A stretch of DNA of 62,457 bases, taken from contig JAJFGI010000028.1 in the NCBI GenBank assembly GCA_021776215.1, forward strand, positions 1 to 62,457. The letters run 5' to 3'. Source of the DNA: Kiloniellaceae bacterium. Its GTDB lineage: Bacteria > Pseudomonadota > Alphaproteobacteria > Kiloniellales > J153. This document shows, piece after piece, positions 33,344-42,918 of the stretch. The stretch's first letter is position 1. Every line of letters starts with the position of its first letter. Below the pieces are notes generated by a model. It searched no databases. It had not been told where the DNA came from and saw nothing but the letters and a program-made list of their open reading frames with translations. The position numbers and the translations under genes are program-made.

Positions 33344-34039
33344 CTAGTAGTTGGCAAGCGACTTTAATTCAGCGTACCTGGCTACGGCCTCGGTGCGATT
33401 CTCTACATTGAGCGAGCGAAAGATCCGAGACGTGTGCATTTTCACGGTTCCCGGGGTCAGACCAAGTCTGCTCGCGATAGCCTTGTTCGATTTGCCGAGG
33501 GCCATCAGCTCAAGCACCTCCATTTGGCGCGGCGTCAGGCCCATGTGCCCGCTCTTTCCCCCCTTGGTGCCCGGCTCATTGAGCTCATCGGGCTCCTGGC
33601 CCCTTTTTCCCATTGAGCGTGTCAGGCGCAAGACGTCGGGCGGCACATAAACGCCCCCCGACAGCACGAGCTTGATGGCGCTGATCGTTATCTCCGGCGA
33701 GGAGGTCTTGGGAATGTAGCCCATGGCGCCCGCCTCGAGCGACTCTCGGATCGCCGCTATGTCATCCTTGACCGACACGACAATCACCGGAACGTCGGGC
33801 CAACCGTGGCAGATCTTGCGGATCCCAGCGGCGCCATTCATGCCTGGCATGAGAAGATCCGAAAGCAGCAGATCGACCGGCTCATCGCCGGCGAGGCAGG
33901 CCAAGGTCTCGGCAAAGTCGCTGGTCTCGGCGATGGTGGCGTTCTTGTCGAATATCTTGACCATCAGCGCCAGTCCACCGCGCACCAAAGCATGATCATC
34001 CGCAACAACGATGCGAAGCGGCCGTTCGTCGTGATCCAT
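33344..34039 (-). CDS. LuxR/FixJ-family response regulator (REC + HTH_LuxR)
   Basis: Track ORF 33344..34165. The start was chosen at MDHDERPLRIVVADDH. The phospho-acceptor context is LLLSDLLMPGMNG. The C-terminal HTH is LTPRQMEVLELMALGKSNKAIASRLGLTPGTVKMHTSRIF. Confidence 0.85.
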   Translation of the reverse strand: MDHDERPLRIVVADDHALVRGGLALMVKIFDKNATIAETSDFAETLACLAGDEPVDLLLSDLLMPGMNGAAGIRKICHGWPDVPVIVVSVKDDIAAIRESLEAGAMGYIPKTSSPEITISAIKLVLSGGVYVPPDVLRLTRSMGKRGQEPDELNEPGTKGGKSGHMGLTPRQMEVLELMALGKSNKAIASRLGLTPGTVKMHTSRIFRSLNVENRTEAVARYAELKSLANY

Positions 34040-34689
34040 GGGCAAGAACTCTCTCAAGCGGAAGCGTCCGTCCGTCACTATCCGATGTAATGCAGATGAA
34101 CCTTCTATCACGTGGCCGGCATTTCGCTCATGGCCGGTAGGCGAAAGGCCAACGGCAAGGGCCAATTGCGCCGATCAACTCAGACAATCAGTGGTAGCCG
34201 ACCGGGCGGCGCATTTTCGCTGAGCGACTCGCTATGAGGGTGGCTCGCAGCGATCCCGGAGAGCAGTTGAAACTACAAAACGCCTTGCAAGGCAAACGGA
34301 ATCTCTCCGACACCGATATTTAACCGAGGCGGGCCGCCGGCCAGCCTCAGAGCCGCAAACCCTGGCCTCTCTAGCGTGTGACGCTTCGGCCACGAAGAAT
34401 GCCCAACTGGGCACAAAGAATCGATAGGTTCGAAAAATGGGCTACTGCCATATGGGATTATAGTTGACAAAAAATATCCAGATGGTGTTTGATGTTTTCA
34501 ATAAAATGACCAAATGGCACTGGTCATCTGGGCAGATAGGGCGGTCAAACAAGCTGTAGTTCCTGTGCGCGCCGCGCGTTCGCGATCCTTCACGTCGCGA
34601 GCCATCGCTCCGATGCATGCCAAAGAGTCACCGGCGCGAAGCGTCCAAAACCCTGGACGCAAGCCATGGCGGGACAAGGAGGATCTACA

Positions 34690-36003
34690 ATGAAAGTCAG
34701 TCGCAGAACACTGCTCAAGGGCGCGATTTCCGGCGCCACTGTAGCGGCGGTTGGTGCCCCACACTTTTTCATTCCAAACCCAGCATTCGCTGCACCTTGG
34801 ATCGAGAAGGGAGGCAAGATCAAAGTCGGTGTTCTGTTCTCGCAGACGGGCAACCTGGCTGTCGTCGAGAACGACTCCACCCAGGTCGTGCTTTATGCGA
34901 TCGATGAGATCAACGCCAATGGCGGCGTTGCCGGCATGCAAGTCGAGCCGGTTGTCGTCGATGCCAAGTCCGACATCAAAGTCTACTCGGAAAAGATCAG
35001 CCAGCTGATTCTCCGCGACCGCGTGATTAGCACCTTTGGCGGCTATACCTCTGCCAGCCGACGTGCTGTCGCGCCGATTGTGATGGCGCGCGACCATCTC
35101 TTCTATTACCCGACCTGCTACGAAGGCCGCGAGTGCACGCAGAACATCATCAACACAGGCCCGCTTGCCAATCAGCATTCCCAGGACCTGATCCCCTTCA
35201 TGGTCGAGAACTTCGGCCCTAAGGTCTATCTGATAGGGTCGAACTACATTTGGCCCAAGGAGTCGAACAAGAACGCCAAAGTCTGGCTGGAGAGGGTCGG
35301 CGGCGAGGTCGTCGGTGAAGACTACGTGCCGCTTGGCGGCTCGGAGTTCACGCCGATCTTCAATAAGGTTCGCCAACAGCAGCCGAGCTTCATTTTCTCG
35401 ACCGTGGTCGGCGACTCCGACATCGCGCTCCACAAGCAGTATCTGCAAGAGGGCTTCAAGGTCGACAAGATGCCGATTGCCTCGCTGACCACGGGCGAGA
35501 TCGAAACCCGGGCCATGGGCGCGGAAGCCGGCGCCGGTCACTTCCTGTCCGCGCCCTATTTCCAGACCATGGAAAACCCGACGAATCAGCGCTTCGTCGA
35601 AGGTTACCTCGCCAGCAAGTACGGCGGTGGCGGCGTCACCCACTACAACATGGAGGAGACGTACCTCTCCGTTTATGTCTGGAAGCACGGTGTCGAGAAA
35701 GCCTTGGCGACTGCCGGCGACATTGAAGAAGTCACGCCACGCATGATTCGCGACGTGTCGGGCAACATCGAAGTCGGCGATGATATTTCTCCCGAAGGCC
35801 GCGTGTGGATCGATCCCGACAATTTCAACATCTGGCTGAAGCCGAAGATTGGCCAGTGCCAGTCCGACGGCCAGTTCAAGGTAATCAAGGCAGCCGACGA
35901 GCACGTCGGGCCCGATCCCATGTCCATCTATCCCGAGCGTGGCGTTTGCAAGGCCGACGGCCTGCACCAGCCGGACGGCACAGTCAAGACGAGCGTTCTC
36001 TAG
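34690..36003 (+). CDS. urtA: Tat-exported urea/short-chain-amide ABC transporter substrate-binding protein (UrtA/FmdD/AmiC family)
   Basis: Track ORF 34666..36003. I chose the start after SD aaggagg. Twin-arginine signal MKVSRRTLLKGAISGATVAAVGA. The blocks KVGVLFSQTGNLA, GGYTSASRRAV, YYPTCYEGREC, IASLTTGEIE and APYFQ resemble AmiC/FmdD more than cyanobacterial UrtA, as far as I recall those sequences. Confidence 0.8.
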   Translation: MKVSRRTLLKGAISGATVAAVGAPHFFIPNPAFAAPWIEKGGKIKVGVLFSQTGNLAVVENDSTQVVLYAIDEINANGGVAGMQVEPVVVDAKSDIKVYSEKISQLILRDRVISTFGGYTSASRRAVAPIVMARDHLFYYPTCYEGRECTQNIINTGPLANQHSQDLIPFMVENFGPKVYLIGSNYIWPKESNKNAKVWLERVGGEVVGEDYVPLGGSEFTPIFNKVRQQQPSFIFSTVVGDSDIALHKQYLQEGFKVDKMPIASLTTGEIETRAMGAEAGAGHFLSAPYFQTMENPTNQRFVEGYLASKYGGGGVTHYNMEETYLSVYVWKHGVEKALATAGDIEEVTPRMIRDVSGNIEVGDDISPEGRVWIDPDNFNIWLKPKIGQCQSDGQFKVIKAADEHVGPDPMSIYPERGVCKADGLHQPDGTVKTSVL

Positions 36004-36189
36004 AAGGCCGTGCAATCGCTGCTGCATCGCGGGTGCCTCCGAGCGTCGCGATGCAGCAGTTCTCGGACCCGGCAGACTTCGATCGCACTGACAATGTCCG
36101 ACGTTGGTGCGTTGGAAATCGCCAGGGCGCCGGGAGATCGTCGCCCGAGTATCGCGACCTTCTGGTGGAACAAATGCCGGAGCTAGGCA

Positions 36190-37092
36190 ATGAGTGTTAA
36201 TGATTTCTGGACCCCATTCGCGCTACTGCCCTTTCTGAATGCGCTGATAATCGGGATCAGCCTGATTAGCATTTGGCTGATTGCCGCTCTCGGGCTCACA
36301 ATCATCTACGGCACGATGGGTGTCATCAACATGGCGCACGGCGAATTCATCATGCTCGGCGCCTACTCGACCTATGTGCTCCAGACGCTCATCGGCATTC
36401 CCTTCCTGCTCTGCTTACCGCTGTCCTTCCTCATCCTGGCGGCGATCGGTTGGGTTATCGAACGAGGGGTCATAAGAACGCTCTATCGCAGACCCTTGGA
36501 CACGCTTCTCGCGACCTGGGGCCTTTCCCTGATCCTGGTGCAGGGAGTCCGCCTGATTTTCGGCGGAGAACCGCAGTACGTGGGCGTGCCGAGCTGGCTC
36601 AACTTTCAGATTCAAGCGGATTTCATCCACCTCTCTGGGCTGCGACTCTTCATCATCGTCATGGCGATTGTGATGGTGGCGGTGACTTGGTTCCTGCTGT
36701 ACCGCACCACGCTCGGTATTTGCGTTCGGGCGGTAATGCAGGACAAGGAGATGGCGGCGTCCTTCGGTATTGATGCGAACCGCATCTACAGCCTGACCTT
36801 TTGCTATGGAGCAGGGCTGGCCGGGGTCGCCGGGTCCATGTTCGGCGCGCTGAAGACTCTGTTTCCTGATATGGGCGGCGGCTACATCGTCGAAGCCTTC
36901 CTGGTAGTGGTGGTCGGCGGCGTTCAGCTCGCGGGAAGCGTGCTCAGCGCCAGCCTGCTGGGCGAGCTCAATTCGATCTTCTCATACTTCACGAACGACA
37001 CCTTCGCTCGTTTCGTCCTTTTCACGCTCGTCGTGGTGTTCCTGCGCATTCGGCCGCAGGGCCTCCTCGCCGAGAAGATGACTCGACGCTAA
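36190..37092 (+). CDS. urtB: Urea/amide ABC transporter permease (UrtB-like, HAAT family)
   Basis: Track ORF, 300 aa. It is a polytopic LivH-like permease (GVINMAHGEFIMLGAY). Gene order matches the five-gene urt arrangement. Confidence 0.85.
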   Translation: MSVNDFWTPFALLPFLNALIIGISLISIWLIAALGLTIIYGTMGVINMAHGEFIMLGAYSTYVLQTLIGIPFLLCLPLSFLILAAIGWVIERGVIRTLYRRPLDTLLATWGLSLILVQGVRLIFGGEPQYVGVPSWLNFQIQADFIHLSGLRLFIIVMAIVMVAVTWFLLYRTTLGICVRAVMQDKEMAASFGIDANRIYSLTFCYGAGLAGVAGSMFGALKTLFPDMGGGYIVEAFLVVVVGGVQLAGSVLSASLLGELNSIFSYFTNDTFARFVLFTLVVVFLRIRPQGLLAEKMTRR

Positions 37093-37119
37093 CCGGCGGC
37101 GCGCGGGGGAGTCAGCAAA

Positions 37120-38241
37120 GTGAACGGGAACATCTATCACAATCGCAAGGCCCAGTGGGCGATTTACCTCGCCGCCTTTGCCGCGCTGGCCCTGTTGCCG
37201 ATCTTCTTCGACAGTCCCTTCACGCTAAATCTATTGGCGCGCTACTGCGTCTTTGCTCTGCTTGCGGTTTCGGTGAGTCTCGTTTGGGGATACGCCGGGA
37301 TCCTGAGCCTGGGTCAAGCTATCGCCTTCGGCCTAGCGGCCTATGGCATGGCTATGACCATGCAGATGCAATACCAGGACCCGGTGAGCGACCCGATACC
37401 TAGCTTCATGCTGACCAACGAGCTGGAAACGCTGCCCCTGGTGTGGGCGCCCTTCTGGTCCACACCGATTGGCTTGATCCTGACTTTCGGGGTGCCGACG
37501 GTCTTCTTCATCGTCTTCGGAATTCTCATGTTCCAGGCCCGCGTGGCCGGTGTCTTCGTTGCCATAATGACGCTGGCGATGACCGCCGCCTGGTACAGCA
37601 TGGCCTATGACATGCAGCCCTTTACCGCCGGCTTCAATGGTATATCGCCGCCCTTGCCGTTCCAGATTTTCGGTACAGAGGTGGATCCCTACAGCGCCGG
37701 CGCCTACTGGGTCTGCGTTGCCTTCCTGGCCGTTCTGACACTGGGCGCCAAGTTTCTGATGCAGACCAAGTTCGGCCTGATCGTGCAGGCGATCCGCGAT
37801 GACGCGGAGCGGGCCCGCTTCCTTGGCTACAACGTCGCCTACTATCAGGTCGTCGTCTTCGCCCTCTCCGGCTTTCTCGCCGCCAGTGCCGGTTTCTGTT
37901 GGGTGTTGATCGTGCAGTACGTCTCGCCAACTTCGCTCGAGATCGTGTTCAGCATCTCGATTGTGATCTGGGCCGCGGTCGGCGGCCGTACCTCGCTGCT
38001 GGGGGCGATCATCGGGGCATTCCTGGTTAACGGCATGCAAAGCTTCGTTGGTGATGAGCTGCAGCAGGTCTGGATGCTCATCCTGGGAGCCATCTTTATT
38101 GGCGTGGTGCTGTTCCTGCCTAGAGGCTTGGCCGGCTTCTTCGAGCTGGTGCTCGGCCTGTTTTCCGGCCGTCGTGAACCGCAGAAGAGCGACTGGAACA
38201 CGGGGCGCACCTCGGCTGTGACCAAGGAATCGGCAGAATGA
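37120..38241 (+). CDS. urtC: Urea/amide ABC transporter permease (UrtC-like)
   Basis: Track ORF, 373 aa, GTG start. It is a LivM-like permease (GYAGILSLGQAIAFGLAAYG). It overlaps the next gene by ATGA. Confidence 0.85.
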   Translation: MNGNIYHNRKAQWAIYLAAFAALALLPIFFDSPFTLNLLARYCVFALLAVSVSLVWGYAGILSLGQAIAFGLAAYGMAMTMQMQYQDPVSDPIPSFMLTNELETLPLVWAPFWSTPIGLILTFGVPTVFFIVFGILMFQARVAGVFVAIMTLAMTAAWYSMAYDMQPFTAGFNGISPPLPFQIFGTEVDPYSAGAYWVCVAFLAVLTLGAKFLMQTKFGLIVQAIRDDAERARFLGYNVAYYQVVVFALSGFLAASAGFCWVLIVQYVSPTSLEIVFSISIVIWAAVGGRTSLLGAIIGAFLVNGMQSFVGDELQQVWMLILGAIFIGVVLFLPRGLAGFFELVLGLFSGRREPQKSDWNTGRTSAVTKESAE

Positions 38242-38981
38242 GCCTGCTCGAGCTGAAGGACGTAACCAAGGTCTACAACGACTACGTCGCGGTCGAGAAT
38301 TTCAATTTCAGCGTCACGGACGGCGAGCTTCGCTGCCTGCTGGGCCCGAACGGTGCCGGCAAGACGACCTGCATCGACCTGATCACCGGCCGTCAGAGGC
38401 TGACGTCCGGAGCGATACTTTTCGCCGGCGACGACATCTGCCGACTTCCGGAACAGTCGATCGCCCGGCTCGGGATAGGCCGCAAGTTCCAGGTGCCGGC
38501 CATTTTCAAAGAGCTGACTGTAGAAGACAACCTGGAGGTTGCTTTCAGCCGGAAAAAAGATCCCTTCGCCAACATGATGACCTTGCATCGATCGTATGGC
38601 CAGAAGCGCTATGACGAGATCGTTGAGTTGGTTGGCCTGAAAGATCGCCTCTCTAGCCAGGCTGGACTGCTGTCGCACGGCGAAACGCAGTGGCTGGAGA
38701 TCGGCATGGTTCTCATGCAGGACCCCCGCCTTCTGCTGATGGACGAGCCGACGGCCGGCATGACCGAGCAGGAGACGATGAAGACGTCGGAAATCTTTAA
38801 CTCCCTAAAAGGCAGCCACACTCTCGTCGTGGTCGAGCACGACATGTCGTTCGTGCGGGAAATCGCCGACATCATCACCGTCATGCACATGGGAACCATG
38901 CTGGCCGAGGGCACCTTGGAGGAGATCGGAAACGATCCTCGGGTGAAGGAGGTTTATCTGGGCTCGGAGGGGCTTGGTTGA
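38238..38981 (+). CDS. urtD: Urea/amide ABC transporter ATP-binding protein (UrtD-like)
   Basis: Track ORF, 247 aa. Walker A is GPNGAGKTT. The UrtD-typical GIGRKFQVPAIF is present, along with the signature LSHGETQWLEIG and Walker B LLLMDEP. Confidence 0.85.
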   Translation: MSLLELKDVTKVYNDYVAVENFNFSVTDGELRCLLGPNGAGKTTCIDLITGRQRLTSGAILFAGDDICRLPEQSIARLGIGRKFQVPAIFKELTVEDNLEVAFSRKKDPFANMMTLHRSYGQKRYDEIVELVGLKDRLSSQAGLLSHGETQWLEIGMVLMQDPRLLLMDEPTAGMTEQETMKTSEIFNSLKGSHTLVVVEHDMSFVREIADIITVMHMGTMLAEGTLEEIGNDPRVKEVYLGSEGLG

Positions 38982-39677
38982 ATGCTGGAGCTCGTGGACG
39001 TCACGTCTTTCTATGGAAAGACCCCGATTATAACCAATGTGAGCCTCTCGGTACCGAAAGGCGCTTGCCTCTGCGTGCTCGGACGCAACGGAGTCGGCAA
39101 GACGACGCTTCTGCAAACCATCATGGGTCTCACCACGCGCCTGACTGGCAGCCTGCGCGTCGGAGGCGAAGACACCTCCGCTCAGCCGACCCACAAGCGC
39201 GCCAAGCTCGGTCTGGGTTATGTGCCGCAGGGGCGGCGCATTCTCGGTAAGTTCTCGGTTCGGGAGAACATCCAGCTCGGCACGTTCGCTCGCGGCGACG
39301 GCCATCATGCGGTGCCCGAGGCCTGTCTTGAAATCTTTCCCTACCTGAAGGAAAACCTGGACAAGCGCGCCGGTCTGCTGTCGGGAGGCCAGCAGCAGCA
39401 GTTGGCGATCGCTCGGGCTCTCGCGACCGACCCGCAGATTCTCCTACTCGATGAACCGACCGAGGGGATACAGCCCAACATCGTGTCGGAAATCGAACAT
39501 GTTCTGCAGCGTCTGAATAGCGAATTGAACCTTACGCTCGTGCTGACAGAGCAGCACATCAAGATCGCCAAGAAACTGGCCGATCTCTTCATCATCATGG
39601 ATGCCGGGCGGATAGTCGCCCGAGGCGAGATCGGCGAGCTGACCGACGATCTCCTGCACCGTTATCTGACGATCTGA
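38982..39677 (+). CDS. urtE: Urea/amide ABC transporter ATP-binding protein (UrtE-like)
   Basis: Track ORF, 231 aa. Walker A is GRNGVGKTT, with YVPQGRRI, the signature LSGGQQQQLAIARAL and Walker B LLLDEP. Its start abuts the urtD stop (TGAATG). Confidence 0.85.
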   Translation: MLELVDVTSFYGKTPIITNVSLSVPKGACLCVLGRNGVGKTTLLQTIMGLTTRLTGSLRVGGEDTSAQPTHKRAKLGLGYVPQGRRILGKFSVRENIQLGTFARGDGHHAVPEACLEIFPYLKENLDKRAGLLSGGQQQQLAIARALATDPQILLLDEPTEGIQPNIVSEIEHVLQRLNSELNLTLVLTEQHIKIAKKLADLFIIMDAGRIVARGEIGELTDDLLHRYLTI

Positions 39678-39771
39678 TGTCGCATTGGAGGTATCCGGAA
39701 GCGGCAACAGCTTGAGCATCGGCAGGGCGCCGCTGGGGTTGGCGCCGAGGACAAACAGAAAGGAGACGGCA

Positions 39772-40221
39772 ATGATTCCGATTCCAAAGAAAGGCACACC
39801 TGAGCGCGCTCGGCTTATCGCGGAGCACAAGGCTTGCATCGATTCCATGAAAGGCGTGGCCGGATGTACCATCCTGCGCTGTGCCACGCCTGGGGATACC
39901 ACCGAAGTGTCGGGGGGAATCCACGAAGACTTCTTGCTCAACCGCGTACTCCTGCGCATGCGCGCCATGAACCCCGCCGACGGCAAGGGCAAATTGGTCG
40001 TGATCTGCACCAAGATCGAAAAGGAATGGCGGATCGGGCGCCTCGCGGGCGTTCGCGGCGTGCCGCCGACCTTTGTCGGAGACAAGATTTACGACAATGA
40101 GCAGGATCCCCAGCACGACATCTTCGTGATGCGCCTCGACGAGATGGAGGAGTTCGACGGATATCCGGAGCATTTCCGGGAAGGCTGGAAACGGCGGGAT
40201 GACAACTGGACCAGAACCTGA
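39772..40221 (+). CDS. N,N-dimethylformamidase small-subunit-like protein
   Basis: Track ORF 39685..40221. The start was chosen after SD aaaggaga. The segment EKEWRIGRLAG...GDKIYDNEQDPQHDIFVMRLDEMEE parallels the C-terminal part of the DMFase small subunit as I recall it (EREWDAYRIA...GDERFKTEEEAMHAVFLRRIEDV). Its position directly upstream of the large-subunit homologue supports the call. Confidence 0.5.
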   Translation: MIPIPKKGTPERARLIAEHKACIDSMKGVAGCTILRCATPGDTTEVSGGIHEDFLLNRVLLRMRAMNPADGKGKLVVICTKIEKEWRIGRLAGVRGVPPTFVGDKIYDNEQDPQHDIFVMRLDEMEEFDGYPEHFREGWKRRDDNWTRT

Positions 40222-40392
40222 ACATTCGGTCGTAGGGGTCTTGCGTCGGAAATATCAGCGCAATTCAGATGTGCGGCCACTGGGTCGCGCGAGGCAAGGC
40301 ATAAACAGCCGGGCCAAACCGTAGCCAAGCGAGCGTCGCTTGAAGGTCGTCAAACACAACGGCGACCGTTCGAAGATAGAGGGAGTGCAGCC

Positions 40393-42792
40393 ATGTGCGC
40401 TATGCGATTGACCGGCTACGCCGATTTGTTCGGTGTCAACCCGGGGAAGACCATTCAATTCTACGTCAATTGCGACGGCCCCAAAAACTACAAGGCCGAA
40501 ATCGTGAAGATGATCCACGGGGACACGAATCCCCGTGGGCCTGGACACATCGAAGAAAAGGTCAATGCCGACTGCGATGGGGAATACCCCGGGCGCAAGC
40601 AGGTCATCTATAGCGGCTCCTATGGAGTCCTGGCCGACAATCGGCATCTGCAGGCCGAGTCCGTCACGCTGCAATGCTGGGTCTGGCCGACCATGCCGAA
40701 AACCCACCCCAAGTACTGGAAGCACGGCGCGCAGGGCCTCATGACCAAGTGGTGCGATGGCAAGGGATACGGGCTGTTCATAAACGAGGAGGGCTGCCTG
40801 GAGTTTCGCGTCAACGGTGAGCGGATCACGACGGGCGTGCCCATTCGCGACCATGCCTGGCACTTCGTGGCGGCGACCTACGACGCCAAAAGCGGCAAGG
40901 CGGTGCTCTTTCACGAGCCGCAGATCCAATATGCGCTCGACCCCGAGATCCCGCCGGTCGAAAAGAAACTAGGGGTGAAGATCGAGCACACGGCGCGTGT
41001 GCCCTTTGCGGTGGCGGCCTATGTCGATCGTCTCGACAAGGGCGCATTAGCTCAGGCTTCGGTACCGGCCGGCATCGTCATGGCGGGGCACTACAGCGGC
41101 AAGATCGATAGCCCGCGGCTTTGCGACCGGGCGCTCAGCCGGCAGGAGATCGAAACCATGAAGCTCGGGGCGCAGCCGGGCCTGACGGAGCGTCGTCACT
41201 CCGGCCCAACCGGCGCTCTTTCCGAGTGCATCGTCGGATCGTGGGATTTTTCCGACGGCATCAACACAATCGTCGGTCGGGATCTCGGGCCCTATCTCTA
41301 CGATCTGCAGATCGTGAATTGCCCCACGCGTGCCATGACCGGGCACAACTTCTCGGGCCACAACTTCGACTGGAAGCACGCGCCCAAGGAGTATGGCGCC
41401 ATACACTTTCACGACGACGACATCGACGATGCCCGCTGGGCGGTTGATTTCGAGTGGACCGTCCCGAGCAACCAGAAGAGCGCCTTCTATGCCGTGAAGC
41501 TAACGACCAGCAAAGGCGACGAGGACTACATCCCCTTCTGGGTCGTTCCGGAAGTCGGGAAGGCTAAGGCCAAGATCGCCTACATGGTGCCAACCATCAG
41601 CTACATGGCTTACGCCAATGAGCATTTGGCGAACAACGCCGGCGGCGCCGAGCTTTTGGTCTATCGCGTGCCGATCATGCAGGACCAAAACATGTTTCTT
41701 AGCGAGCACCGCGAGTACGGCGGCTCGATCTACGATACCCATACGGACGGCAGCGGTCTTTGCCTGTCCTCGCGGTTGCGCCCGATTCTAAGCATCCGGC
41801 CCAAGTACGACCATTTCCTCATGCAGGCGCCGTGGCAATATCCGGCGGATCTGCATATGATCTACTGGCTCGAGACAATGGGCTACGACTACGACGTCAT
41901 CACCGATGAGGACGTCACCTATGATGGCTTGGCCCGCCTCGAGCAATACAGCGTGGTGATCACCGGATCCCACCCCGAGCACAACACTGGATCTCAACTC
42001 GACGCGCTGCACAACTATACACAGCAGGGCGGCCGCCTGATGTACATGGGCGCGGATGCCTGGTACTGGGTCCATTCCTATCATCCCGCCTATGACCATC
42101 TCGGCCGGGGCATCGTCACCGAGATGCGGCGCTGCGAGTCCGGCATCCGGACTTGGCGGGCCGATCCCGGCGAGTACTACCACCAAGGTACCGGCGAACT
42201 CGGCGGTATGTGGCGATATCGTGGCCGCTATCTGCATTCGGTCGCGGGCACCGGTATGTCGTCGGAAGGTTTCGACATCTCGAGCTACTATTCGCGCACG
42301 CCGGAGAGCAACGACCCTCGAGTCTCCTGGGCCTTCGACGGCATCGACTTCGACGAGAAGCTCGGCAACTTCGGCCTGGTCGGCGGTGGTGCCGCGGGGA
42401 CCGAACTCGACATTGTCGACACGATGTTGGGCTCGCCACCCCACACCCTCGTGGTGGCCACCTCGGCCGGACGGCACACCGAGGCCTATCTTCTGGTCAT
42501 GGAGGACTTCGGCTTCAACCAGCAGGGGCTCGATGGCACACAGCATCCCCGGGTCCGTTCTGACATCGCCTATCACGAAACGCCGAACGGTGGCGCCTGC
42601 TTCGCCTTCAGCTCCATTGCCTTCTGCGGTTCCTTGCCGTGGAACAAATGCGACAACAATATCTCCAAGCTGGTCGGTAATGTGCTGAATCGGTTCATGC
42701 AGGACGGCCCCTTGCCACCGCCACCGGCGGACGCCTTTAAGCATCGCGGTCGCGCGGACTATGACCCGCCGACGAACAAGAAGAGAAAATAG
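40393..42792 (+). CDS. N,N-dimethylformamidase large-subunit-like amidohydrolase
   Basis: Track ORF, 799 aa. Multiple blocks match the characterised DMFase large subunit as I recall it: MIHGDTNPRGPG, SWDFSDGI, YGAIHFHDDDIDDARWAVDFEWTVPSNQKSAFYAVKL, EDYIPFWVVP, SYMAYANEH, ITGSHPEH, FGLVGGGAAGTELD, NNISKLVGNVLNRF. Confidence 0.8.
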   Translation: MCAMRLTGYADLFGVNPGKTIQFYVNCDGPKNYKAEIVKMIHGDTNPRGPGHIEEKVNADCDGEYPGRKQVIYSGSYGVLADNRHLQAESVTLQCWVWPTMPKTHPKYWKHGAQGLMTKWCDGKGYGLFINEEGCLEFRVNGERITTGVPIRDHAWHFVAATYDAKSGKAVLFHEPQIQYALDPEIPPVEKKLGVKIEHTARVPFAVAAYVDRLDKGALAQASVPAGIVMAGHYSGKIDSPRLCDRALSRQEIETMKLGAQPGLTERRHSGPTGALSECIVGSWDFSDGINTIVGRDLGPYLYDLQIVNCPTRAMTGHNFSGHNFDWKHAPKEYGAIHFHDDDIDDARWAVDFEWTVPSNQKSAFYAVKLTTSKGDEDYIPFWVVPEVGKAKAKIAYMVPTISYMAYANEHLANNAGGAELLVYRVPIMQDQNMFLSEHREYGGSIYDTHTDGSGLCLSSRLRPILSIRPKYDHFLMQAPWQYPADLHMIYWLETMGYDYDVITDEDVTYDGLARLEQYSVVITGSHPEHNTGSQLDALHNYTQQGGRLMYMGADAWYWVHSYHPAYDHLGRGIVTEMRRCESGIRTWRADPGEYYHQGTGELGGMWRYRGRYLHSVAGTGMSSEGFDISSYYSRTPESNDPRVSWAFDGIDFDEKLGNFGLVGGGAAGTELDIVDTMLGSPPHTLVVATSAGRHTEAYLLVMEDFGFNQQGLDGTQHPRVRSDIAYHETPNGGACFAFSSIAFCGSLPWNKCDNNISKLVGNVLNRFMQDGPLPPPPADAFKHRGRADYDPPTNKKRK

Positions 42793-42918
42793 CTTAATCT
42801 TCCGTGCTGTGGCCGGCCTGAGTTCGGATCGCAGCGCGGAGCCTGGATTGGGTGGCGGGCTCGCGCCAGAGTGCCGACCCGCCATCCCGATCCGGAGGCC
42901 AAAAGCAGGGAGCCGGCA

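Noticed and set aside
34515-34531. TGGCAC upstream of the amide transporter operon, and TGGCGCTTGCA at 50610-50620 upstream of ureE, considered as possible sigma-54 promoters
   Set aside because: The GG-N10-GC spacing of the -24/-12 elements is not satisfied in either case. At the first site no GC follows at the right distance, and at the second site TTGC abuts the TGGCGC directly.
34040-34689. Long (650-bp) intergenic region upstream of the transporter operon, examined for a guanidine/urea-type riboswitch
   Set aside because: Some local stems exist (CCGGAGAG...CTCTCCG around a GCCTTGCAAGGC palindrome). However, I could not find the conserved cores I recall for ykkC-type or other nitrogen-related riboswitches. 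An Rfam scan would be needed to settle this.
34498-36027. 509-aa minus-strand ORF
   Set aside because: It is antisense to the well-supported Tat-signal binding-protein gene (34690..36003). The translation has no recognisable motifs and shows antisense-type composition.
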